Source of the DNA: Candidatus Binataceae bacterium
GTDB lineage: Bacteria; Desulfobacterota; Binatia; Binatales; Binataceae
Reading direction: 5' to 3'
Assembly (NCBI GenBank): GCA_030038355.1
Contig: JASHPB010000071.1
Location: 6,550-70,549 of the forward strand
Length of the DNA stretch: 64,000 bases
Positions 40,235-51,097 of the stretch are shown here, piece by piece (positions within the stretch are counted from its first letter, which is position 1; every line of letters begins with the position of its first letter). The position numbers and the translations under genes were made by a program. Below the pieces are notes generated by a model. The model had not been told where the DNA came from, searched no databases, and was given only the letters and a program-made list of their open reading frames with translations.

Positions 40235-43200
40235 TCAGTCGACGGGCGTGGCCGATCGAACGGGCTCCAAACCTGCCGCGGCTTTACGCGAGCGAGCCGG
40301 TTCGCGCTGAACCGCGATATAGAAAATCGGAACAAACGGGATCGCAAGCAGGGTCGTTGCGAGCATCCCTCCGAACACCACCGTGCCCAGCGACTGCTGG
40401 CTGGCTGAGCCGGCGCCGGTCGCCGTTAGGAGCGGCACCACACCGAGAATGAACGCGGTCGAGGTCATCAAGATCGGCCGGAAGCGACGGCGTGCGGCCT
40501 CGATCGCAGCCTCTTTGACCGGCATGCCTCCCTCCTTCAACTCACGCGCGAATTCGACGATCAGGATTGCGTTCTTGGCGGCCAAGGCGATCATCAGCAC
40601 GAGGCCGATCTGCGTGTAGAGATCGATCGGGAATTTGCGAATGAAAAGCGCGACGATGATGCCGACTAACGCCATCGGCACCGTTAGGATCACCGCGGCC
40701 GGATCGGTCCAGCTCTCGTACTGCGCGGCCAGCACCAGGAACACCAGCGTGATCGAAAGCGCGAAGATGAAGTAGGCTTGATTACCGATCAACTTCTCCT
40801 GGTAGGAGAGCCCTGTCCATTCGTAATCCATGGTCCGCGGGAGTGTCTGCTCGGCGAATCCTTCCATCATGCTCAGCGCCTGGCCCGAACTGTAGGTCGG
40901 CATCGGGATTCCGGTGATCGTCGCGGCGGGATAGAGGTTGTAGCGCGTAACCAGCTCAGAACCGAGTACCCGGCGGACATCGAGCAAGGCGCCGAGCGGA
41001 ACCATCTGCTGATTGTGATTGGTGACATATAACTGGCCGATATCGTCGAGCCGTGTGCGGTAGTCGGCGCCCGCTTGCAACCGCACCTGGAAACTCTGAT
41101 TGAACTTGTTGAACTGATTCACATAGCTCGAGCCGAGATAGGCCTGAAGCGACTTGAATATATCGTTGATAGTTACTCCGAGTGAACGCGCCATCGAGCG
41201 ATCGATATCCAAAAAGATCTGCGGACTGCTCGCGTTGAACGTCGTGAATCCCATGCGCAGGAAGCCGGGGTCGCCGTGCGCCAGGGCAAGGACCTGCTTC
41301 ACGGCTTTCTGCAGCTCGCCGAGGCCATCACCGCCGCGATCCTCGACCATCATCTGAAACCCGAAAGCGTTGCCGAGACCCGGGATCGGCGACGGCGGCA
41401 GCACGCCGATCACCGCGGAACGAATCGCGCGGAACTTCTGTTGCAACTCAGCGATGATCCTTTCCTGCGTGAAGCCGGGCGCACGCTTATCCCAGTCCTG
41501 GTAGATCGCGAAAATCGTGATCACGTTCGAAAGCTTGGCGGAATCGAGCGCCGAGTAGCCACCGATCGTGACCCATCCTTTGATGCCCTCAGACTTGTCG
41601 AGGATCGAACCGATCCTGCTCGATACTTCTTTGACCCGCGGCTGCGCCGCGCCTGCCGGCAGTTGCGCGACGACGATACAGTAGCCCTGGTCCTCGAGCG
41701 GCATGAGCGCTGTTGGATAAATCGTAAAGACCGCGGCGGCTGCTCCAACGATCGCGAAAAAGAGAATAATCATCGCCCGCGGATGATTGGTCATGCGTCT
41801 GACGATCCCGATGTATTTCTCTTCGACCGCCGCGTAGCCGCGATTGAATCCACGATAGAACCAGTTGATTTTCTTGTCCTTGGGAATGGGCCGCAGATAG
41901 AGCGCGCATTGCGTGGGCTTGAGCGTGAGCGCGTTCAGCGCGCTGATCATCGCGGTAGCGGCAATCACGAGCGCAAATTGCCGGAACATCTGGCCGGTGA
42001 TTCCGGGCAGAAACGAAGCGGGGAGAAAAACCGAGGTCAGCACGAGCGTGATCCCGAGCACCGGCCCGGTAAGCTCACCCATCGCCTTGATCGCCGCGTC
42101 CTTGGGTGAGAGTCCCCCTTCTATGTAATGCGAAGAGTTTTCGACGATTACTATTGCGTCGTCGACCACAATTCCGATCGCGAGAATCAGCGCGAACAGC
42201 GTCATGAGATTGACGGTGAAACCGAGCAAAGCCATGGCGGCGAACGCGCCGATAATAGTGACCGGCACGGTGGTCGCAGGCACCAGCATCGCGCGGAAGT
42301 TCTGCAGAAATAGAATAATAACAATGAGAACAAGTACTCCGGCCTCGATCAGCGTTTGATATACGGCGCCAATCGACTGATTAATGAACTCAGTAGTGTC
42401 GTAGAGCGAAGTATATTTGAGAGCGTGCGGAAAGGATTTGCTCATCTGCGCCATCAGCGTGCGCGTCTCGGCGGCGACCTCGAGCGCATTTGCACCGGGC
42501 AGCGCGAAAATAGCAATGTGTGCAGTCTTCTTGCCGCTCAGACCCGAAAAGATCGTGTACACCTGTTGGCTCAGCTCGATTCGGGCGACATCCTTGAGCC
42601 GTACCAGCGACGCGGTTTCATTCGCATACGGAGTTTGTCCCACTTGCGCGGCAAGACTCGTCGGCGGTTCGCTCTTTACGATTATGTCTTCAAACTCGGA
42701 GACTTTTGAGAGCCTGCCAAGTGTGTTCACCGTGAACTGAAAGATCTGATCGGAAGGCGCCGGAGCACCGCCAATCTGGCCGGCCGCAACTTGTATATTC
42801 TGCCGCTGCACGGCGAGTTGAACGTCGAGCGCAGTGAGGCCGTAGGCCTTGAGCTTCTGCGGATCGAGCCAAACGCGCATACTATATGGACCGGCGCCGA
42901 AGACTGTAACTTGGGCGACTCCCGGCAGACGCGCGATCGGATCTTCGAGATTGATTAGTGCATAGTTACTGAGAAACGCCTCATCGAACTGATTATTGTC
43001 CGAATATAAACTCTCGATCAGAAGTATATTGGTGCTGACCTTCTTAACGTTCACGCCCTGTGCGCGGACGCTTTCGGGTAACTGCGGCATCGCCGTGTTG
43101 ACGGCATTCTGCACCAGTGCCAGTGCGGCATTGAGATCGGTGCCGATCGAAAATGTAACGGTCAGCGTGTAGCTTCCGTCGCTGCCGCTGGTTGACTGCA

Positions 43201-43432
43201 TGTAGATCGAGTTCTCGACGCCATTGACCGCCTGCTCGATCGGTATGCCGACGGTGTTCGCCACGATTACCGCGCTCGCACCAAAATACGACGTGGTCAC
43301 CTGGATCGTCGGTGGAACTATCATCGGGTATTGCGCGATTGGCAGATTGTAGAGGCAGATGGCGCCAAGGATAATCGTGACAATCGCGATTACATTCGCG
43401 AAAATCGGCCGTTCGATGAAGAACTTTGACAT
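40235..43432 (-). CDS. HAE-1 RND efflux permease (second copy)
   Basis: FFIERPIFA, GIVVDDAIV, AAKNAIL and RFRPILMTS. Confidence 0.96.
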   Translation of the reverse strand: MSKFFIERPIFANVIAIVTIILGAICLYNLPIAQYPMIVPPTIQVTTSYFGASAVIVANTVGIPIEQAVNGVENSIYMQSTSGSDGSYTLTVTFSIGTDLNAALALVQNAVNTAMPQLPESVRAQGVNVKKVSTNILLIESLYSDNNQFDEAFLSNYALINLEDPIARLPGVAQVTVFGAGPYSMRVWLDPQKLKAYGLTALDVQLAVQRQNIQVAAGQIGGAPAPSDQIFQFTVNTLGRLSKVSEFEDIIVKSEPPTSLAAQVGQTPYANETASLVRLKDVARIELSQQVYTIFSGLSGKKTAHIAIFALPGANALEVAAETRTLMAQMSKSFPHALKYTSLYDTTEFINQSIGAVYQTLIEAGVLVLIVIILFLQNFRAMLVPATTVPVTIIGAFAAMALLGFTVNLMTLFALILAIGIVVDDAIVIVENSSHYIEGGLSPKDAAIKAMGELTGPVLGITLVLTSVFLPASFLPGITGQMFRQFALVIAATAMISALNALTLKPTQCALYLRPIPKDKKINWFYRGFNRGYAAVEEKYIGIVRRMTNHPRAMIILFFAIVGAAAAVFTIYPTALMPLEDQGYCIVVAQLPAGAAQPRVKEVSSRIGSILDKSEGIKGWVTIGGYSALDSAKLSNVITIFAIYQDWDKRAPGFTQERIIAELQQKFRAIRSAVIGVLPPSPIPGLGNAFGFQMMVEDRGGDGLGELQKAVKQVLALAHGDPGFLRMGFTTFNASSPQIFLDIDRSMARSLGVTINDIFKSLQAYLGSSYVNQFNKFNQSFQVRLQAGADYRTRLDDIGQLYVTNHNQQMVPLGALLDVRRVLGSELVTRYNLYPAATITGIPMPTYSSGQALSMMEGFAEQTLPRTMDYEWTGLSYQEKLIGNQAYFIFALSITLVFLVLAAQYESWTDPAAVILTVPMALVGIIVALFIRKFPIDLYTQIGLVLMIALAAKNAILIVEFARELKEGGMPVKEAAIEAARRRFRPILMTSTAFILGVVPLLTATGAGSASQQSLGTVVFGGMLATTLLAIPFVPIFYIAVQREPARSRKAAAGLEPVRSATPVD

Positions 43433-43453
43433 GCCGTCTCGCGCCGCCCTTAT

Positions 43454-46400
43454 TCAGTCAACTGCGCTGCGGCTGGCCTGAGCGGTGGTTGGCGCCTTTG
43501 CGGTTGCAGCAGAGGCTTGCGCGGTTTCGACTTTCCCAAACCATCGCTCGCTGACCCGGTCCATGACGATGTAGAAGACCGGCACGAATGGAATCGCCAG
43601 GAGGGTCGACGCAAGCATTCCACCGAAGACCACCGTTCCTAGAGATTGCTGGCTCGCCGCGCCCGCTCCTGAAGCCGTCAGCAGTGGCACCACACCGAAG
43701 ATAAATGCGATCGAGGTCATCATGATCGGACGGAAGCGGCGATGCGCCGCCTCGACGGCGGCATCAACCGCCGACATCCCTTCAGCCTTGAGCTCGCGCG
43801 CAAATTCGACGACCAGGATCGCGTTCTTGGCAGCGAGCGCGATCATGAGGACAAGGCCGATTTGAGTATAAAGGTCGGTGGCAAAACGGCGCACCAATAG
43901 GGCAGTGATTATTCCGACCAGCGCCATCGGCACGGTGAGTATTACCGCCGCGGGATCGGTCCAGCTTTCGTACTGTGCGGCAAGCACGAGAAACACCAGC
44001 GTGATCGACAGCGCGAAAATGAAATACGACTGATTCCCCGTAAGCCGCTCCTGGTACGCGAGACCCGTCCAGTCAAAACTCATTCCGAGCGGCAGGTTTT
44101 CAGTTGCCAGTTTCTGCATGAAGTCCAGCGCCTGGCCTGAGCTGTATCCGGGCGCCGCCGAACCGACGATTGGCGCGGCGGGGTACAGGTTGTAGCGGGT
44201 GAGAAGCTCAGAACCGAGTACGCGATGAACGTCGAGCAGTGCTCCGAGCGGCACCATCAGACCGCTGCGGTTACTCACATAGAGATTGCTGATATCCTCG
44301 AGTCTGCGTCGATAGTCAGCTTCCGCCTGCAGACGCACCTGGAAAGCCTGGTTAAACTTGTTGAACTGATTGATGTACGTCGAGCCGAGATAAGTCTGCA
44401 GCGTGGTGAATACATCGTTGATAGTCACTCCGAGCGATTCCGCCATCGTTCGGTTGATATCAAGTTCGAGTTGCGGACTGTTGGCGCTGAAAGTCGTTGT
44501 GACGCCGCGAAGTCCCGCTTCGTGGTCGGCCTGTATGATTAGCTGCTGAACGGCGGCTTGCAGAGCGCGCAAGCCGCGGCTGCTTCGATCCTCGACAATC
44601 ATCTCGAAGCCGCCGGCTTGACCCAAACCTGGAATCGGCGGCGGAATTTCTACGGTGAAACTAGCCTTGTGCAGCGAGCTCAAGCGCTCACGTAAATCGG
44701 TGACGATATCCGCTTGAGTGATTCCGCCGGGACGCTTGTCCCAGTCGTCGTACATCACATACTCAGTTACTACGTTCGACAGATTCGCCGAGTCGAGAAT
44801 TGAGTATCCGCCGCTGGTTATCCATCCTTTAATGCCGGGCGCTTGCTTCAATACTCCATCGATATTCGCGGCAAGCTCGCGCACGCGTGGCTGCGAAGCC
44901 CCTGGTGGCAGACGCGCGACAACTAGACAGTAGCCCTGGTCCTCGGTCGGCAGGAATGCCGTCGGATGGCGCGCAAACATTATTGCGGCAAAGCCGACGA
45001 TTACGAAAAATACGCACACCATCTGGCCCGTCCGATGGGCCATGTGTTTGACTACCGCTACATACTGCGACTCGATTGTTCCGTATACTTCGTTGAAACC
45101 GCGATAGAACCAGTTAACCTTCCGGTCTTTGGGCCGAGGCTTCAGGTAGAGGGCGCACTGAGTAGGGCTTAAGGTCAGCGCTCCGAGCGCACTTATTATT
45201 GCGGTCGCCGCGATTACCAGCGCGAATTGCCGAAACATCTGACCGGTGATGCCAGGAAGAAACGACGCAGGCAGGAACACCGAGGTCAGTACCAGGGTGA
45301 TTCCGAAGATAGGGCCCGTCAGCTCGCCCATCGCCTTGATCGCCGCGTCCTTCGGCGTGAGCCCTTCTTCGACGTAGTGCGAGGTGTTCTCGACAATCAC
45401 GATCGCGTCGTCGACGACAATTCCGATCGCGAGAATCAAGGCGAACAAGGTCATCAGGTTGACCGTGAAGCCGAGCACCGCCATCGCGGCAAAGGCGCCA
45501 ATGATAGTGACGGGAACGGTGGTCGCCGGCACGAGCATCGCGCGAAAGTTCTGCAGGAACAGGATGATGACGATGAGAACCAGGATGCCCGCCTCGATGA
45601 GCGCCGAATAAACGCCGCCGATCGAATCGCGGATGAACGCAGATGTATCGAGCAGCGCTGTATACTTGAGGCCCTGCGGGAATTTGCGGCTCATCTGCGC
45701 CATCAGGTCGTTGACTTCCTCCGCTACCTTGAGCGCGTTGGCGCCGGGCAAAGTATAGACGTTCAGCTGCGCCGCTTGCTTGCCACTCAGCCCCGAGAAA
45801 GTCGAAAACGCTTCCTGGCTCAACTCGACTTTAGCGACGTCTCTCACGCGCACTATCGAAGCGGCGTTTTGGAGGTCAGCGGTCGTCTCAGTTTCGGTCG
45901 CGAGGGACGCCGGCGGGCGCACCTTGACGATGATGTTCTCGAATTCCTTGACGCTGGAGAGACGTCCCACGGTGTTGACCGTAAATTGGAAGATCTGGTT
46001 CGTGGCGACAGGCGGACCGCCGAGCTGGCCGGCCGCAACCTGTACATTCTGGTTCTCAATCGCTTTCTGCACCTCAAGAACAGTCAGGCCGTAGGCCTTC
46101 AGCTTCAGCGGGTCGAGCCAGATCCGCATGCTGTACGGTCCCGCGCCCAGGACTTGCACCTGTCCGACGCCCGGTAGCCGCGCGATCGGACTCTGCAAGT
46201 TGATAATGGCGTAATTACTCAGAAAGGTTTCATCGTAGCGATTATCATCGGAATAGAGACTGCCAATGAGTAATACATTGGTACTAACTTTTTGTACGCT
46301 AACGCCTTGCGTCTGGACGGCCTCGGGAAGCTGCGAGAGCGCGCCATTGACTGCATTCTGTACCAGCGCGATCGCGGAATTGAGATCGGTGCCGACTGCG

Positions 46401-46681
46401 AAGGTTACGGTCAGCGTGTAGGTGCCATCGCTGCCACTGGTAGATTGCATGTAGATCGAACCCTCGACGCCGTTGACGCCCTGTTCGATCGGGATTCCGA
46501 CGGTGGCGGCAACCACTTCGGCGCTCGCGCCCGGATAGTTGGTGCTCACCTGGATCGTCGGTGGCACGATCTGCGGGTACTGCGAGATCGGCAACGTGTA
46601 GAGGCATACGGCGCCGAGCAGAATCGTGACGATCGCTATCACGTTCGCGAGAATCGGCCGCTCGATGAAAAAACGTGACAC
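43454..46681 (-). CDS. HAE-1 RND efflux permease (first copy)
   Basis: FFIERPILA, GIVVDDAIV, AAKNAIL and RFRPIMMTS. Confidence 0.96.
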   Translation of the reverse strand: MSRFFIERPILANVIAIVTILLGAVCLYTLPISQYPQIVPPTIQVSTNYPGASAEVVAATVGIPIEQGVNGVEGSIYMQSTSGSDGTYTLTVTFAVGTDLNSAIALVQNAVNGALSQLPEAVQTQGVSVQKVSTNVLLIGSLYSDDNRYDETFLSNYAIINLQSPIARLPGVGQVQVLGAGPYSMRIWLDPLKLKAYGLTVLEVQKAIENQNVQVAAGQLGGPPVATNQIFQFTVNTVGRLSSVKEFENIIVKVRPPASLATETETTADLQNAASIVRVRDVAKVELSQEAFSTFSGLSGKQAAQLNVYTLPGANALKVAEEVNDLMAQMSRKFPQGLKYTALLDTSAFIRDSIGGVYSALIEAGILVLIVIILFLQNFRAMLVPATTVPVTIIGAFAAMAVLGFTVNLMTLFALILAIGIVVDDAIVIVENTSHYVEEGLTPKDAAIKAMGELTGPIFGITLVLTSVFLPASFLPGITGQMFRQFALVIAATAIISALGALTLSPTQCALYLKPRPKDRKVNWFYRGFNEVYGTIESQYVAVVKHMAHRTGQMVCVFFVIVGFAAIMFARHPTAFLPTEDQGYCLVVARLPPGASQPRVRELAANIDGVLKQAPGIKGWITSGGYSILDSANLSNVVTEYVMYDDWDKRPGGITQADIVTDLRERLSSLHKASFTVEIPPPIPGLGQAGGFEMIVEDRSSRGLRALQAAVQQLIIQADHEAGLRGVTTTFSANSPQLELDINRTMAESLGVTINDVFTTLQTYLGSTYINQFNKFNQAFQVRLQAEADYRRRLEDISNLYVSNRSGLMVPLGALLDVHRVLGSELLTRYNLYPAAPIVGSAAPGYSSGQALDFMQKLATENLPLGMSFDWTGLAYQERLTGNQSYFIFALSITLVFLVLAAQYESWTDPAAVILTVPMALVGIITALLVRRFATDLYTQIGLVLMIALAAKNAILVVEFARELKAEGMSAVDAAVEAAHRRFRPIMMTSIAFIFGVVPLLTASGAGAASQQSLGTVVFGGMLASTLLAIPFVPVFYIVMDRVSERWFGKVETAQASAATAKAPTTAQASRSAVD

Positions 46682-46694
46682 CTGGAACTACCGT

Positions 46695-47873
46695 CTAGCT
46701 GCTCGATGCCGAGGCGGCGGATTTGTTCTCGAGTTGCGGGCTGACTTCGCGCCCCGGTATCGCCTGCAGCAATCCTTCAACCACGACGCGATCCTGTGCC
46801 GAGAGCCCATCGTCGATGACCAGCCTGTCACCGACCTGCGCGCCGGTCTTGACGCTGCGGCGCTGAACGATGTTCCTGTCGTCGACCACGAGGACGTACT
46901 CGCCTTGCTGATCGAAACTGACCGCATCTCCAGGAATGAGTAGCGCCTCTTTATGCTGCTGCGCCGGAACGCGCACGCGAACGAATAGTCCCGGCAGGAT
47001 CGTGAGATCATCGTTGGGAAAAATCGCGCGCAGCTGGAGAGTGCCGGTGGTCGGAGCGACGCTAATCGAAGCGAAATCTACCCGGCCCTGATGCGGGTAG
47101 CCCTGCTCGTTCAGCAGGCCGAAGTACGCCGGTATCAGGCGATTCTGAAAGCTCGGCGTTTCCTTCGCCTGGACACGCGCGCGAATTCTCAGCAGGTCCC
47201 GTTCAGATATAGTGAAGTACACATAGAGCGGGTCGATACGATCGATTTCCGCGAGTGTCGTTTGCTGACCCATCGCGCCGACCAGGTTGCCCGGATCGAC
47301 GAGATGCCGCCCGATGCGCCCATCGAACGGTGCGCGAATGGTAGTGTAGTCGAGATTGAGCTGGGCCAGCACGACCTGCGCCTCGGCGCTCTTCAACGCG
47401 GCCTCGGAAGACTCATTCTCGTAACGCCAGTGATCGACTTCAGTCTGGGTGGCGGCATCCTGCGCCAGCAGACGCGTGTAGCGCGCGAGCTCGGTGGTCG
47501 AATGCCACACTGCGGCCTTTTGGGCTGCGACTTGAGCCTTGGCCTGCTGGAGCTGCGCCTGGTACTGATCCTGCTGAATCGTGAAAAGAAGTTGACCCTT
47601 CTTGACGGGCCGGCCGTCGACGAAATGAATTTTCTCCAGGTAGCCTTCAACGCGTGCGACAAGTGAAACCGAATCGGTAGAAACCGTATTTCCGGTAAAC
47701 TCGAGATAGTCAGTTACCGACTGTATATCCGGATTGGCTACGGTCACCTCGGGTGGGACAGACTCGGCAATGTTCTTGCTCTTGCATCCTGTCGCGCAGA
47801 GGAATGCCACTGCGACCGCAATCAAGAGCGGGAACTCAGCAAAGACTGAATATTGTTTCCTTCGCACCATCAA
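46695..47873 (-). CDS. RND periplasmic adaptor (MFP) lipoprotein
   Basis: ATGC lipobox, ARVEGYL, IRAPFDG and TTGTLQLRA. Confidence 0.95.
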   Translation of the reverse strand: MMVRRKQYSVFAEFPLLIAVAVAFLCATGCKSKNIAESVPPEVTVANPDIQSVTDYLEFTGNTVSTDSVSLVARVEGYLEKIHFVDGRPVKKGQLLFTIQQDQYQAQLQQAKAQVAAQKAAVWHSTTELARYTRLLAQDAATQTEVDHWRYENESSEAALKSAEAQVVLAQLNLDYTTIRAPFDGRIGRHLVDPGNLVGAMGQQTTLAEIDRIDPLYVYFTISERDLLRIRARVQAKETPSFQNRLIPAYFGLLNEQGYPHQGRVDFASISVAPTTGTLQLRAIFPNDDLTILPGLFVRVRVPAQQHKEALLIPGDAVSFDQQGEYVLVVDDRNIVQRRSVKTGAQVGDRLVIDDGLSAQDRVVVEGLLQAIPGREVSPQLENKSAASASSS

Positions 47874-47911
47874 TCTTCCGACCTAGTAAGGGTTGCATGA
47901 GACTATCTCGG

Positions 47912-49528
47912 TCACCACTCCGGCGGTTTTACCGGGAAACCCTCGTCGCGCGGCGAAGGCAGTCCGGGCACCTGCGGTTGCAGCAAATCAGGCGTAAGAA
48001 TCCTGCCCCAGTTGGTCCGATTGGCCATCTCACGCTGCGTGTCGAGCGGCACGAAATCGTGGCCCTCGCGGATCTGCCATCCCCCACCCATGGCGCGATA
48101 GGTCGCGATCAGGCCAAGGGGAACGTCTCCGGTCGCGATTGCAAGACTGTTCTGCGCCGCGAGCAGATTCTGCTCGGCTTGAAGCACGGTGGTGAAGTCG
48201 GCGGTGCCTTCCTTGTATTGAATCGTCGCGATCTTGAGCGCGCCTTCCGCGGCCTCGACGGCTTCTTTCAGATACACAACCGCAGCCTTCGAATCGATGA
48301 AGGTTGAGAGTCCATTCTCCACTTCCTGTTGCGCCTTCAGCACGGAGTTCTGATAGTTGATTAGCAGCTCCTGGAACTTCGCATCCTGGAAGCGCACGTT
48401 GTTAGTAATCTGTCCGTAGTTGAAAAGATTCCATTGCACGCCGGGCCCAACTGAAAATGCCAGACTACTGGCGTTGAACAGACTATCCATTCCGTTACGG
48501 CCGATGTTCGACGCTACCGTGTTCACGTTGCCGAGCAGCGTGAACGCAGGAAGCAGGTCCGCTTTCGCAAAGCCGATTTGCGCGCATTGCGCTGCCGCCT
48601 GGAGCTCAGCCTGTCGGATATCGGGGCGCCGGCGGAGCAGGTCTGCGGGAATTCCAATCGTCACTCGCACGGGCGCGGTAGGTATCTCCGACGATTTCCC
48701 GAGCAGCGCATCAACCTGCCCGGGCGGGAGGCCGAGCAGAACGGCGAGAGCATTCTTCTGTTCATTCAGCTGGATTGTGAACTGCGGAACCGTGGCTTCG
48801 GTCTCGCCCAGGACGGTCTCTGCCTGGTCAACATCGCGGCCCGTGACGACGCCGTTTTCGTGGCGCGCATTGACGATCTTGAGGATACCGGCCTGGCGCT
48901 CGACGTTGTCGCGCGCGATCTCGAGCTGGGTCTGGAGCGTGCGAATCTGCACGTAGGTGCTGGCGACGTCGCCGGTGAGAGTCACCAGCACGTCGTCATA
49001 GCCGGCCACCGATGCCAGGTAAGCATCGTCGGCGGATTCGATACCGCGCCGCAGCTTGCCCCATACGTCGAGTTCCCATGCAGCCTGCGCACCGAACGAG
49101 TCGGACCAGAAAGTGTTGCTGATCAGATTGTATGGGACCGAAACCGGTATTCGGTTATAGCTGAGCGACGCGTTGACCAACTGTTGTTGCGGGAAAAACT
49201 CGCCGATCGCGATACCTAGTTGCGCGCGCGCTTCGAGCACGCGGACTCCGGCCGTTCTTAGTGTAAGGTTCTGCTGATAGGCGAGGTCGATCAGGTGAGT
49301 GAGCACCGGGTCGTTGAACGAGGCCCACCAATTCCGGTAGTCCCCATCACCTTGCGCTATCGAAGTATCTCTGGCCTCGATCCATTTCTGAGCGACGGGA
49401 GCCGGAGGACGCTTGAAATCGGGGCCGATCATGCAGCCGACGAGCAGCACCGGTATAGACAAAAGCGCCAGAATCTGATGTCGCCAGACCTGGCGAGCTT
49501 GTTCTGAAAAGTTACCTATCGGGCGCAA
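47912..49528 (-). CDS. Outer membrane efflux lipoprotein (NodT/OprM family)
   Basis: LVGCMIGPDF, WELDVWG and LLRRRPDIRQAE. Confidence 0.95.
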   Translation of the reverse strand: MRPIGNFSEQARQVWRHQILALLSIPVLLVGCMIGPDFKRPPAPVAQKWIEARDTSIAQGDGDYRNWWASFNDPVLTHLIDLAYQQNLTLRTAGVRVLEARAQLGIAIGEFFPQQQLVNASLSYNRIPVSVPYNLISNTFWSDSFGAQAAWELDVWGKLRRGIESADDAYLASVAGYDDVLVTLTGDVASTYVQIRTLQTQLEIARDNVERQAGILKIVNARHENGVVTGRDVDQAETVLGETEATVPQFTIQLNEQKNALAVLLGLPPGQVDALLGKSSEIPTAPVRVTIGIPADLLRRRPDIRQAELQAAAQCAQIGFAKADLLPAFTLLGNVNTVASNIGRNGMDSLFNASSLAFSVGPGVQWNLFNYGQITNNVRFQDAKFQELLINYQNSVLKAQQEVENGLSTFIDSKAAVVYLKEAVEAAEGALKIATIQYKEGTADFTTVLQAEQNLLAAQNSLAIATGDVPLGLIATYRAMGGGWQIREGHDFVPLDTQREMANRTNWGRILTPDLLQPQVPGLPSPRDEGFPVKPPEW

Positions 49529-49552
49529 CGACTCGATCCGGCGCGCGGCTCT

Positions 49553-50080
49553 TTAGAAGATCGACCCCGGAACCACGCGCATGAAGTTAACCGGCTGAAG
49601 CCTGGAATCCGACGATACTACTCTGAGCGCGCGCTGCTCCTCTGCTTCACTGGTTACCTGACCCGAGAGAAAAACCTGATTGCCGATTACCTTGGCTTGC
49701 AGGCCGGTGAACCCATTCAGCGACAGTGTGTCATTGATTCGCTCTTCTTCCTCGCTCCAATCTCCTGTCGAAGTGCGCAACGTGTTAACCACTTGCCGAA
49801 CGCCGGGCACAGCGCCGGCGACACGCTCGGCAAGCTCGCGATCTTTCTTGTCGAACACCGTGCCGTAGAGAACGATCGTTCCAACCGATGCTGCGTAGCA
49901 CTTCGCTCCGTTCAGATTGTCATTCTGCGCCAGTGCGGCCCGCACTCGACTCATCAGCCGTGCAGAGCTATCAGCTCGCGCGGGCGTCGCCATCGCCGCT
50001 CCGCAAATCGCGATCAACAGAAGCGCCAGCCGGCGCGCCCTAACCCCCACTTGCACTCGTTCGGTCATCTGCACTCCCAT
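49553..50080 (-). CDS. Dual BON domain periplasmic protein
   Basis: Signal peptide; VLYGTV...VPGVRQVVNTL and VFLSGQV. Confidence 0.82.
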   Translation of the reverse strand: MGVQMTERVQVGVRARRLALLLIAICGAAMATPARADSSARLMSRVRAALAQNDNLNGAKCYAASVGTIVLYGTVFDKKDRELAERVAGAVPGVRQVVNTLRTSTGDWSEEEERINDTLSLNGFTGLQAKVIGNQVFLSGQVTSEAEEQRALRVVSSDSRLQPVNFMRVVPGSIF

Positions 50081-50098
50081 CCCGCGGTCGCTAACCGC

Positions 50099-50893
50099 TC
50101 AGGATTGCGGGCTCACGGCGGCTGTAGGAAGGGAAGCTGCGGCGGGCGCCGCGGTTCCCGATTTGAAAGACACGAGCCGCTCAGAGGTCGTGCCGGCCCA
50201 CAGGTTCATCGCGCTTTCCGCGTCACCCCATTGCCATTGCGCCGCGGATTTCAACGACGTTCCGCCCTCGCGTTGATCGATCGCGGCCGCGAGCAACTGG
50301 CCGGTTTGTGAGTCAGTGATCTTTCCCGCCGCCTCCGCCGAGCCGACGAACGCGTAGCTGCCGGTGGCCATCGATTGCAGCGCGTTGACCAGCCGGAGTT
50401 GCGGCACCACCAGGGAGACCGATCGCATGACCGGCGTGGCCGCCTCGGCGTTGATCAGCGCGACCTGCAGGACCATCACGCCCGGTCCGCCCTGATCGAC
50501 CAAGGTAAAGTTCTTCTGCAAGTCAGTTTTTAGCTGATTGTAGAAATACGACGTCAGCATGTGCTGATCAGCGGGCGAGACACTCGAGTTCTCGGCGTCC
50601 CAGAACTCGACTGGCTCGAGCATCACCTTATCGTACTGGTTCCACTGCACGTTCGGATTGACGTAGACCAGCGCGGCTTGACCTTCCTGTCCCGGCTTGA
50701 GCAACGAATAATCGTTGCCGAGGAAGCCGGTCGCGGCTGGGACGACCGTACTCTGCCCCTCCATGCGCTGGACTAGATTGGGTGAGGGTTTGGATGTCTC
50801 AGAACATCCGGGGATGAGGCCAGCCGCCGTCACCGCGACCACCGCGATCAGCCCAAAGCCGATCGACGAGCGCCGACCTCTTTTACCGCCCAT
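50099..50893 (-). CDS. DUF3313 family lipoprotein
   Basis: IPGC lipobox, GFLG.DYSLL, YDKVMLEPV and DSQTGQLLAAAID. Confidence 0.85.
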   Translation of the reverse strand: MGGKRGRRSSIGFGLIAVVAVTAAGLIPGCSETSKPSPNLVQRMEGQSTVVPAATGFLGNDYSLLKPGQEGQAALVYVNPNVQWNQYDKVMLEPVEFWDAENSSVSPADQHMLTSYFYNQLKTDLQKNFTLVDQGGPGVMVLQVALINAEAATPVMRSVSLVVPQLRLVNALQSMATGSYAFVGSAEAAGKITDSQTGQLLAAAIDQREGGTSLKSAAQWQWGDAESAMNLWAGTTSERLVSFKSGTAAPAAASLPTAAVSPQS

Positions 50894-51097
50894 TTTCGAT
50901 GCCCCTCTCTGGCTGCGACCGTCAGGATCACCTTCTGCTTATCGCATCGCACTCTAGTCAATTTTTCCTACACCGGAAACAGCGGGGGGTGTGTTCTGAG
51001 GCATTAATTCGTTAACCTCAGAATCAGGGCGAATCATTACCTCATCGCCGGCCCAGAGCCGGCAACGAAACCATAAATTTCGACGGACCGGACTCTG

